Assembly: GCA_964592115.1 (NCBI GenBank)
Contig: CAZQCP010000003.1
Coordinates: 7,171-71,170 of the forward strand
DNA length: 64,000 bases
DNA from: an uncultured Ilumatobacteraceae bacterium
GTDB lineage: Bacteria > Actinomycetota > Acidimicrobiia > Acidimicrobiales > Ilumatobacteraceae
Direction: 5' to 3'
In this document: positions 56,589-64,000 of the stretch, one piece after another
How positions within the stretch are numbered: position 1 is the first letter of the stretch
How the letters are laid out: every line of letters begins with the position of its first letter
Translations under genes and position numbers: made by a program
Notes under the pieces: model-generated
The model's database searches: none
The model's input: the letters and a program-made list of their open reading frames with translations, nothing else
Told to the model about the DNA's origin: nothing

Positions 56589-57593
56589 TCAGGCGGAGGT
56601 GAGGTTGGCCGCCGCGTCGGTCAGGCGCTGACGCACGCCGTCGGGCGCGTCGAGGACCCGGACGCGGTGGTACGTCGCGACGAGGGCGATCTTCGCCGCC
56701 AGCCACTCCTCCGAGTCCGCGGCGATCGTCACGCTGGTGCGCGCACCGTCACCGTCGCTGTCGCTGTCGCTGTCGCTGTTCGGCTCGGCCGCGGTCGTGT
56801 CGAATTCGGCGTCGAGCCAGCCGCGCAGCCAACCGATCTCGGTGGCGGTCGCATGCACCTCGATCGTCGCCGCAACCGTGGCGACGGCCGCGCGTAGGCC
56901 CGCCCGCACGAACTCGGCGGCATCGCCTCCCGGAACGTCCCGCCGCTCGAACCGGGCGCCGGCGAGTTGCGGTTCGGTCATGCGGTCGACACGGAACGTG
57001 CGCCAGTCGCCGCGGCGCACGTCCCATGCCACGAGGTACCACCGCCGCCCCGCAGAGACGAGCTGGTGTGGCTGCACCAAGCGGCGCGATTCCTCACCGT
57101 CGCGGCGGGCGTAGTCGAAACGCACCTCCTCGTCATCTCGGCAGCCCTGGCTGAGCACCGCCAGCGCGTCCGCGGCGACGGACAGATCCGACGGCGCGTA
57201 CGTCATCATCGACACGCTCGTGCGGAACGCCTCGATGCGCCGCTTCAAACGGTCGGGGAGGATGAGTTCGAGCTTGGCGATCAGTGCCAGCGACGAGTCC
57301 TCGATCCCGTCGATCGCCGACACCGCCGCGCTGCGCAGCCCGACGGCGAGGGCGATCGCTTCGTCGTCGTCGAACATCAGCGGCGGCACGTGCGTGCCGA
57401 CCGCCAGCCGATAGCCGCCCACCGTGCCAGGCTCGGCGTCGACCGGGTAGCCGAGGGTACGCAGCCGGTCGACGTCGCGGCGCACGGTCCGCTCGCTCAC
57501 CCCGAGCCGCTCGGCGAGCTCCGACCCCTTCCAGTGGCGGTGGGTCTGCAACAGCGCGAGCAGCTCGAGGGTACGAGCGGTGGGATCGGTCAT
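56589..57593 (-). CDS. YafY-family transcriptional regulator (HTH + WYL domain)
   Basis: N-terminal HTH (GSELAERLGVSERTVRRDVDRLRTLGYPV) and WYL motif (RWYLVAW). An acidic (SD)n insert precedes the C-terminal extension. Confidence 0.85.
   Translation of the reverse strand: MTDPTARTLELLALLQTHRHWKGSELAERLGVSERTVRRDVDRLRTLGYPVDAEPGTVGGYRLAVGTHVPPLMFDDDEAIALAVGLRSAAVSAIDGIEDSSLALIAKLELILPDRLKRRIEAFRTSVSMMTYAPSDLSVAADALAVLSQGCRDDEEVRFDYARRDGEESRRLVQPHQLVSAGRRWYLVAWDVRRGDWRTFRVDRMTEPQLAGARFERRDVPGGDAAEFVRAGLRAAVATVAATIEVHATATEIGWLRGWLDAEFDTTAAEPNSDSDSDSDGDGARTSVTIAADSEEWLAAKIALVATYHRVRVLDAPDGVRQRLTDAAANLTSA
56754..56777. repeat. Hexanucleotide tandem repeat (GTCGCT)x4 inside the WYL regulator gene
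   Basis: Encodes the SDSDSDSD tract. The unit length keeps the reading frame. Confidence 0.9.
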
Positions 57594-57626
57594 CAGGCGT
57601 CCATCTCGACGGGTCCTCGTGCACGT

Positions 57627-58436
57627 TCAGTCGTAGCGGTTGATCATCCGGGTGCTCAGCGCCAACATCGCCACCATCGCCACGGCGATGACACCGAAGC
57701 CCTTGGCGAGTGCGGCCGCGTCCCATCCTTCCAGGATGAGCGACCGCGCCGCTTCCATCACGTACGTGACGGGGTTGAGCGTGGCGGCGATCTCCATCGG
57801 GCGGGTCAGCTGATCGCGCGGCACGAAGTTCGGTGTCAGGAACAGCAGCGGGAAGAACACCATGCTCGCGCCCTGCGTCGCCGCCGCGCTCCGGGTCTTC
57901 AGGGCCACGAGCTGCATGAAGCCGCTGAACACCATCGCCCACAGCGCGACCATCAGGATCAGCACCACGAATCCAGCGAAGCCCGACGTGATGCGGATGC
58001 CGAACGCGAGCGCCAGCAGGATCATGAGCACGCTGACGCCGAGCGTGCGCACGAAGTCGGCGCACAGCCGCCCGATCACGAGCGACATGCGTGAGATCGG
58101 CGTCGCCCGCAGCTTGTCGAAGTAGCCGCTCTCGATCTCCTCGACGAGGAACAGCGAGGCGGCGCCGAACGACGCAGACAACAGCAGCGACGCCGGGAGT
58201 TGGAACGCGCCGTAGTTCTGACCCTCGAGGAACGGTGTGCCCTCGGACGGGAAGATGCGCGCTGCCTGACCGACGTTCACCACGAGGAAGAACAGCGGGA
58301 TGAAGATCGGGGAGAACAGTGCGTCAGGTGTCCGCAGCAGCTCGCGCAGCGCGCGGCCGCCGAGTACGAGCGAGTCGCGCACCGGGTTCGGGCCCACAGC
58401 GGCGGAGCGGGTGGGGGAGTCGATGGTCGTGGTCAT
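57627..58436 (-). CDS. ABC-2 type transporter permease
   Basis: Six-TM ABC-2 topology, placed 1 nt after the ATPase gene. Confidence 0.8.
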   Translation of the reverse strand: MTTTIDSPTRSAAVGPNPVRDSLVLGGRALRELLRTPDALFSPIFIPLFFLVVNVGQAARIFPSEGTPFLEGQNYGAFQLPASLLLSASFGAASLFLVEEIESGYFDKLRATPISRMSLVIGRLCADFVRTLGVSVLMILLALAFGIRITSGFAGFVVLILMVALWAMVFSGFMQLVALKTRSAAATQGASMVFFPLLFLTPNFVPRDQLTRPMEIAATLNPVTYVMEAARSLILEGWDAAALAKGFGVIAVAMVAMLALSTRMINRYD

Positions 58437-58437
58437 G

Positions 58438-59229
58438 TCAGACCTCCTTCACTTCGCCGGCAGCCCGCTCGCGGGTCCGGCCTGTTGCGTCGAGGAACAC
58501 GTCGTCGAGCGTCGGGTCGTGGTCGAGCCCGGCGCGCTCGCGGAGGTCGCGCTTGAGCGACGCGGGTGTCCCCTCCTGGACGATGCGGCCACCGTCGATG
58601 ATCGCCAGTCGGTCGCAGAGCTGGTCGGCTTCTTCGAGGTATTGGGTGGTGAGGAAGACGGTGGTGCCGCGGCGGTTGATGCGCCGCACCTCGTCCCAGA
58701 CGGTGAGGCGGCTGGCCGGGTCGAGGCCGGTGGTGGGCTCGTCGAGGAAGAGGATCTCGGGTTCGTGCACGAGCGCCGTGGCGAGGTCGAGGCGGCGCTT
58801 CATGCCGCCCGAGTAGCCCTTCACCCGGCGGTCGATGGCATCGTCGAGCTCGACGAGCGCGAGCAGTTCGCCAGCGCGGTCGGCCGCCTCGCGCTTGGTC
58901 ATGCCGAACAGCTGACCCTGCAGCACGAGTGTCTCGCGTCCGGTCTGGCGGTCGTCGAGGCCCGCTTCTTGGAGGGCGACGCCGATCTTGCGGCGGGCGG
59001 CGTCGGGGTCGGCGGCCACGTCGACACCACCGACGTACGCCGTGCCGCCGGTCAAGGTCATCAGTGTCGTGAGCATCCGGACGGTCGTCGACTTGCCGGC
59101 GCCGTTCGGCCCGAGGAAGCCGAACACTTCTCCGTCGGCGACGTCGAGGTCGACGCCGCGCACCGCTTCGACCGCGTCGTCGCCGTCGCCGTAGGTCTTG
59201 CGGAGGCCGACCGCGCTGATCGCGCTCAT
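58438..59229 (-). CDS. ABC transporter ATP-binding protein (DrrA-like exporter type)
   Basis: GPNGAGKST, YSGGMKRRL, LFLDEPTTGLD. Confidence 0.9.
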   Translation of the reverse strand: MSAISAVGLRKTYGDGDDAVEAVRGVDLDVADGEVFGFLGPNGAGKSTTVRMLTTLMTLTGGTAYVGGVDVAADPDAARRKIGVALQEAGLDDRQTGRETLVLQGQLFGMTKREAADRAGELLALVELDDAIDRRVKGYSGGMKRRLDLATALVHEPEILFLDEPTTGLDPASRLTVWDEVRRINRRGTTVFLTTQYLEEADQLCDRLAIIDGGRIVQEGTPASLKRDLRERAGLDHDPTLDDVFLDATGRTRERAAGEVKEV

Positions 59230-59345
59230 CGCCGCCTCCTGGCGGTGCGGGCGGTGTGTCGGGTGGTGGTCATCGGTGGCTCCTGAGTGTGTTCGCGCCC
59301 GTCGGACGGGGGAGGGGGACATGAAGGGGGCCATCGTCGCGAGAC

Positions 59346-59368
59346 ATGCGGACAGATCCTGTCCGCAT
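59346..59368. repeat. Perfect palindrome ATGCGGACAG-ATC-CTGTCCGCAT carrying the A-arm core in inside-out order
   Basis: 10-bp stem with a 3-nt loop containing CGGACAGAT and CTGTCCG. Lies in the divergent region between the ABC ATPase gene and glnS. Confidence 0.8.
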
Positions 59369-59390
59369 AGGTGAATCCGCCTCCAACTTC

Positions 59391-59427
59391 GTGGATGAAT
59401 GGCCGCCCAGCGGCGCCATTCATTCAC
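59391..59427. repeat. Imperfect inverted repeat in the glnS leader region
   Basis: GTGGATGAATGGCCGC..GCGCCATTCATTCAC, about 14 bp with one mismatch, 38 nt upstream of the glnS ATG. Confidence 0.75.
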
Positions 59428-59464
59428 GAGATCGCTGCCGGGAACGGTCCATACTGGACGGCGC

Positions 59465-61168
59465 ATGGCTGTCCCCGCTGTCCCCGATGCTCCCACCGCC
59501 AACAACTTCATCCGCGAGCTGGTGATCGCCGACAACGAGCAGGGGACGTTCGGCCAGCGGGTGCAGACCCGCTTCCCGCCGGAGCCCAACGGCTACCTCC
59601 ACATCGGCCACGCCAAGGCGATCACGACCGATTTCGGCATCGCCGAGGAGTTCGGCGGCGTCTGCAACCTGCGTTTCGACGACACCAACCCCGACACCGA
59701 AGACACGACGTTCGTCGACGCGATCATCGCCGACATCGAATGGCTCGGCTACGAGCTGCCCGGCGAGGCGCTGTACGCCAGCGACTACTTCGAGCAGCTC
59801 TACGAGTGGGCCGAGCTGCTCGTCGCGAAGGGGCTCGCCTACGTCGACGAGCAGCCGGGCGACGTGATCTCGGCCCAGCGTGGCGGCTACGGAAACCCAG
59901 GCGTGGAGAGCCCGTTCCGCGACCGGCCGGTCGAGGAGAACCTGGCTCGACTGCGGGCCATGCGCGCCGGCGAGGTGGCCGAGGGAGCGGCGGTGTTGCG
60001 GGCGAAGGTCGACATGCAGCACGAGAACATGCAGATGCGCGATCCGGTCATGTACCGGGTGCGTCACGGTCACCACCACCGCACCGGCGACCGCTGGCAC
60101 ATCTATCCGACCTACGACTGGGCGCACGGTCAGAGCGACGCGATCGAGGGCGTCACCCACTCGCTGTGCTCACTCGAGTTCGACAGCCACCGAGCGCTCT
60201 ACGACTGGTTCCTCGAACAGCTCCCGCTGCCGTCGGACCAGCCGCGCCAGATCGAGTTCGCGCGACTCGAGTTCACCCACACGGTCACGTCGAAGCGCAA
60301 GCTCGCCCAACTCGTCGCGGAGGGCACCGTCGACGGCTGGGACGACCCGCGCATGCCGACGCTGCGCGGCGTGCGTCGGCGCGGCTACCCGGCCTCGGCG
60401 ATCCGCGAGTTCTGCACGTTCATCGGCGTCAGCCGCACCAACAGCCGCCAGCAGATCGAGCTGCTCGAGTCGTTCGTGCGTACCGAGTTGAATCGCACGG
60501 CGCAGCGGCGGATGGCCGTGTTGCGTCCGATCGAGGTCGTGATCACGAACTGGCCGAGCGACGCTTCCGGTGACCCGGTCGTCGAGCAGGTCGAGCTCGC
60601 GAACAACCCCGAGGATCCGGCGGATGGCACCCGGCTGGTGCCGTTCAGCGGGCGCTTCTTCATCGAGCGCGACGACTTCATGGCCGAGCCGCCGCCGAAG
60701 TACTTCCGCCTGTCGCCGGGCCGTGAGGTTCGTCTGCGTGGCGCCTACTTCGTCACCGCGACCGGCTTCGAGGCCGACGCCGACGGCAACGTGACCCGGG
60801 TCGAGGTCACCTACGACCCCGAGACACGCGGGGGCAGCGCCCCCGACAGCCGCAAGGTGAAATCGACGATGCACTGGGTGTCAGCCGCCCACGCCGTCGA
60901 GGCCACCGTCGCCCTGTACGAGCGACTCTTCGCCGCCGAAGTGCCGGGCGAGGCGACCGGCGACCCGCTCGACGATCTCAACCCCGACTCCCGCGAGGTC
61001 CTCGCCGGTGCCAAGGTCGAGCCGGCGCTCGCCGACGTCACGCCGGGTCAGGTCGTGCAGTTCGAGCGGCTCGGCTACTTCGCCGCCGACCCGACCGAGC
61101 CGCTGCTCTTCCACCGCACCGTCGGCCTGCGTGACGAGTGGGCCAACATCCAAAAGCGCACGAGGTAG
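59465..61168 (+). CDS. glnS: Glutamine--tRNA ligase
   Basis: Class I HIGH (YLHIGHAK) and VTSKRKL (KMSKS-type) motifs. GlnRS-type C-terminal beta-barrel domains and length (567 aa). Confidence 0.9.
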   Translation: MAVPAVPDAPTANNFIRELVIADNEQGTFGQRVQTRFPPEPNGYLHIGHAKAITTDFGIAEEFGGVCNLRFDDTNPDTEDTTFVDAIIADIEWLGYELPGEALYASDYFEQLYEWAELLVAKGLAYVDEQPGDVISAQRGGYGNPGVESPFRDRPVEENLARLRAMRAGEVAEGAAVLRAKVDMQHENMQMRDPVMYRVRHGHHHRTGDRWHIYPTYDWAHGQSDAIEGVTHSLCSLEFDSHRALYDWFLEQLPLPSDQPRQIEFARLEFTHTVTSKRKLAQLVAEGTVDGWDDPRMPTLRGVRRRGYPASAIREFCTFIGVSRTNSRQQIELLESFVRTELNRTAQRRMAVLRPIEVVITNWPSDASGDPVVEQVELANNPEDPADGTRLVPFSGRFFIERDDFMAEPPPKYFRLSPGREVRLRGAYFVTATGFEADADGNVTRVEVTYDPETRGGSAPDSRKVKSTMHWVSAAHAVEATVALYERLFAAEVPGEATGDPLDDLNPDSREVLAGAKVEPALADVTPGQVVQFERLGYFAADPTEPLLFHRTVGLRDEWANIQKRTR

Positions 61169-61180
61169 CACCAATCAGGG

Positions 61181-61229
61181 GATTGTGTGAGCGAAGGTCC
61201 TCGCATCGATGACGATCGCTCACCCAAAC
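61181..61229. repeat. D-type 49-nt palindromic element, copy D2
   Basis: GATTGTGTGAGCGA-N21-TCGCTCACCCAAAC, between the convergent glnS and beta-propeller genes. Confidence 0.9.
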
Positions 61230-61236
61230 GGCCCGA

Positions 61237-63570
61237 TCAGTCGACGTACCAGAAGCAGCCGTAGTCCTCGGGGCTGCCCCAGCGCACGGTCGCCCGCTCG
61301 TCGAGCGTCGAGCGGTCGGAGAAGGCCATCGAGTCGAAGCCGACCGTCACCAGCTCGCTGCCGATGGCGATCGAACGCTGCAGCGGGTTCCAGCAGCCCG
61401 ATGTGCGGTTCGCTCCGTGGGTGATCACGCCGCGGGCGCGCAGCTCGCGACCGGCGAGCTCGGCCACCACGGCTCCGCCCGCAGATCCCTTGAGCTCGCC
61501 CGCGAGGCACACGTCGGCGATGCCGCAGTCGTTCCAGCCCGGCGACACCGGGAGCACGATCGTCCCGTCTTCGGGCCAGAACAAGAAGGCCTTGTGGTCC
61601 CACTCGACCTCGCTGTAGCCGCCGATCGGCAGTGAGCTGATCTCGCGCGGGTTCGTCGGATCGCTCACGTCGAACAGGCTCAGCTTCGTGCCCTGGGTGC
61701 GGCCCTCCAGCGTCGCGTCCTGGCCGACGCCGAGCAGGAGTCCCTCGCCGACCGGGTGCAGGTAGGCGGAGTAGCCGGGGATCTTCAGCTCGCCGTCGAG
61801 CACCGGGTGGGTGGGGTCGGACAGGTCGAGGACGTAGAGCGGGTCGATCTGGCGGAACGTGACGACGTAGCCGACGTCGCCGAGGAACCGCACGGCGTAG
61901 ATCCGTTCTCCCTTGCCGAGGCCGCCGATCGAGGAGATCTGTTGCAGGTCGGTGCCGTTCGGCCGTAGCACGTAGACGGTCGACTCGCTCTGGTCGCCGA
62001 ACCGGTCCCAGTTGTCGTTCGTAGTCGCCACCCGCAGGTCGCCGTTGTGCTCGCTCATCGCGAACTGGTTGAGCAACCGGCCCTCCACCGCGCCGGACGC
62101 GATGTACGTCGCGCCGGTTCCGGCGTCGAGTGAGAACTGGTGGATGAACGTCGGGGGCGACGAGTAGTCCTCGAGCGACTTCGGCGCGGTCGTGTCGGTC
62201 GGCTCGGGCTCGGGCTCGGTCGTCGGTGGCGACGTCGGTTCGGGCTCCCTGATGTCCGGGGTGGTGTCCGGTGTCGTGGCCGCCGGTTCGGTGGTCGCGG
62301 GTCGGGTGGTCTCGGGATCCGTCGTCGCCGGTTCGGTCGTGGCCGACTCCGTGGTGACGGGATCCGGTGTGAGCGGCGCCACCTCCGGTGCCGGCTCGGG
62401 CGCTGGGCCATCGACCGCGACGTCGGGCACCGGCGCTGCCGCGACGTCGTCCTCGATCGGAAGCGGGCGCCATTGCCAGTCCCAGGCTTGGGTGGCGATG
62501 TAGAGGTTGTCCGTCGACGCGTAGACGGTGTCACCGCTGGACACCACCCCGGCGGCGCCGATCGGTGTGCCTTCGCCCTGCGTGTCGATCGAGGCGATCC
62601 AGGTGAGGCCGAGGCCGGAGAACTCGTCCGGGCTACCGACGTCCTCGCAGGACAGGATCGGTGCCATCTCGCCGAAGCTGCCGTCGCCGCGCTCGTCGAA
62701 CCACCGTGGCAGCCAGTCCTCGACCGACGACTCAGCGATGATCTGCGTGTTCTCGGCGAGCGCCGAGTCCTCGTCGAATCCGAACTCGTTGGGCTGCACG
62801 AACGGCAGCCGCTGGTCGAACGACGTCGAGATCACGAGCCGGGCGATGCCGTCGATCGCCCGGGTGGCCACGACGGAGCCCTCGAGATGGGAACGACGCA
62901 GGAGCTGGGGTGATGCGGGGTCGGCGACGTCGTAGAGCGACACGATCGTGTCGGGCGAGCCGGTCCAGCTCTGCGTGGCCACGAGCAGCCGGCTGTCGTC
63001 GAGGAGCAGCTGATGGGACCCTGACGACAGCTCGATCGTGGCGACCACGCGTGCGTCGGAGACCGACACGACGCGTACGCCGTCCTGGTTCGCTGCGTAC
63101 ACGAACCGGCCGTCTGTCTCGACGATGTCACCCTCGTCGACGCCGACCTCTTGGGTGTTGGTCCCCGAGAAGCCACCACCGTCACTGCCGGCGCTGTCGG
63201 GGGCGGGTGCTGCGGTCGGCGCCGACGTGTCCATGTCGACGGCCGCCCCTTCGCGGGCCATCACCGCGTCGTCGCCGTACCAGTACGGCCCACCGCCGAG
63301 CCCCCATGCAGTCACCCGATCGGAGGCGATGTCGCGCATCGATGCGAGCAGCGCGTCGCAGTCCCCGAAGAACTCGAGGTGACCCGACCCGAATCCCTGC
63401 GGGCGGCTCCTTGGTCCGGACGTGCCCGGCTCCGAGCCCGGCTCGGTGGTCGGAGTCGCGGTCGCCCGCGGGGTGCTGTTCCCCCCGGAGGTCGGATCGC
63501 TGCTGCAGGCGGCGATGGCGAGGACCGAGCTCGCGGCCAGTGCCAGGGGAATGAGCCGTTCACGCTTCAT
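61237..63570 (-). CDS. Secreted lipoprotein with a beta-propeller domain (PF09826-like)
   Basis: Lipobox LAIAAC, YVTFRQIDPLYVLDLSDP and KLSLFDVSDP motifs typical of the family, and a Thr/Pro/Glu-rich internal linker. Confidence 0.75.
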   Translation of the reverse strand: MKRERLIPLALAASSVLAIAACSSDPTSGGNSTPRATATPTTEPGSEPGTSGPRSRPQGFGSGHLEFFGDCDALLASMRDIASDRVTAWGLGGGPYWYGDDAVMAREGAAVDMDTSAPTAAPAPDSAGSDGGGFSGTNTQEVGVDEGDIVETDGRFVYAANQDGVRVVSVSDARVVATIELSSGSHQLLLDDSRLLVATQSWTGSPDTIVSLYDVADPASPQLLRRSHLEGSVVATRAIDGIARLVISTSFDQRLPFVQPNEFGFDEDSALAENTQIIAESSVEDWLPRWFDERGDGSFGEMAPILSCEDVGSPDEFSGLGLTWIASIDTQGEGTPIGAAGVVSSGDTVYASTDNLYIATQAWDWQWRPLPIEDDVAAAPVPDVAVDGPAPEPAPEVAPLTPDPVTTESATTEPATTDPETTRPATTEPAATTPDTTPDIREPEPTSPPTTEPEPEPTDTTAPKSLEDYSSPPTFIHQFSLDAGTGATYIASGAVEGRLLNQFAMSEHNGDLRVATTNDNWDRFGDQSESTVYVLRPNGTDLQQISSIGGLGKGERIYAVRFLGDVGYVVTFRQIDPLYVLDLSDPTHPVLDGELKIPGYSAYLHPVGEGLLLGVGQDATLEGRTQGTKLSLFDVSDPTNPREISSLPIGGYSEVEWDHKAFLFWPEDGTIVLPVSPGWNDCGIADVCLAGELKGSAGGAVVAELAGRELRARGVITHGANRTSGCWNPLQRSIAIGSELVTVGFDSMAFSDRSTLDERATVRWGSPEDYGCFWYVD

Positions 63571-63626
63571 GCGGATTCGACGTCGGGCGGAGCGGTTTGG
63601 TTCCCGCCGATCGGGCTGTGGAAAAG

Positions 63627-63661
63627 AAGCAACGGCTGGGACCCGTCCCCAACCGTTGCTT
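63627..63661. repeat. C-type hairpin, copy C5 (core inverted)
   Basis: AAGCAACGG-CTGGGACCCGTCCCCAA-CCGTTGCTT, 4 nt after the stop of the 63666 gene. The core is the reverse complement of GGGGACGGGTCCC. Confidence 0.85.
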
Positions 63662-63665
63662 TGGG

Positions 63666-64000
63666 TCAGCGGGGGGTGAGGTAGAGGCTCTGGACGCTGC
63701 GGCCGATCCGCCCGTCGAGGTCGTACAGCTCGGACTCGGCCAGTCCCGCTCCGAACGGCGAGTAGTGCGACGCCGTGCGCATGCCGATCCACTCGCCCGT
63801 CGGCGGACGGAGGAGGTGCACGGTGAGATCCGGGTTGATGAAGATGAACTCGTCGTAGGAGATGCCGGCACTGACGCCGTTGCCGAAGTCGGCGGCGGCG
63901 ACCGACCGCTGCACACCGCTCGGCGTCTCGCCGGCCACGACCGGTACACGCAGCCGGATCCACACGGCGACCGGGCCAGGCTCGTCCCACGTGCCGTCGG
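63666..64000 (-). CDS. Thioesterase family protein (same family as 48054-48926), 5' end outside the window
   Basis: Frame is open to the window edge. The C-terminal hotdog half resembles the C-terminus of the 48054 gene product. Confidence 0.6.
   Translation of the reverse strand, partial: DGTWDEPGPVAVWIRLRVPVVAGETPSGVQRSVAAADFGNGVSAGISYDEFIFINPDLTVHLLRPPTGEWIGMRTASHYSPFGAGLAESELYDLDGRIGRSVQSLYLTPR

Noticed and set aside
59226-59423. 65-aa minus-strand ORF in the ABC/glnS intergenic region
   Set aside because: It has no RBS or family resemblance, spans the two palindromes, and its composition looks non-coding.

Overview
Very GC-rich, tightly packed bacterial chromosome segment with the housekeeping gene order typical of Actinomycetota. 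Reading down the minus strand: metG, tatD, a DPBB wall protein, rsmA, ispE, tRNA-Gln, glmU, prs, rplY, pth, mfd, mazG, eno, ftsB-like. About 60 genes are supported. They include a form-II CO-dehydrogenase-like S-L-M operon with a detached CoxD/CoxE/XdhC accessory module, and a second orphan molybdopterin large subunit. There is a four-gene polyprenyl-phosphate glycosylation module and a plus-strand sugar uptake/oxidation island inserted between eno and ftsB. That island carries an ABC ATPase fused to a shikimate-kinase-like domain. Also present are an ABC-2 exporter with a WYL regulator, glnS, two DUF559 paralogs, and two tiny ribosomal protein genes (bS22-like, bL37-like) below the ORF-track cutoff. 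Many genes are coupled by 4-nt ATGA/GTGA overlaps. No rRNA, CRISPR array, transposase or prophage was seen. The main signal not explained by genes is at least five families of compact palindromic intergenic elements with fixed geometry, 17 to 18 copies in 64 kb. They are A (14+25+14 nt, 5 copies), B (about 102 nt, nested hairpins, 3 copies plus a solo end), C (about 37-39 nt hairpins sharing a GGGGACGGG.CCC core, 5 copies), D (14+21+14, 2 copies) and E (12+31+12, 2 copies). Several gene stop codons lie inside these elements. One DUF559 gene, inserted between prs and rplY, is bracketed by two same-orientation A copies. All protein family calls come from motif recognition by eye; no searches were run.
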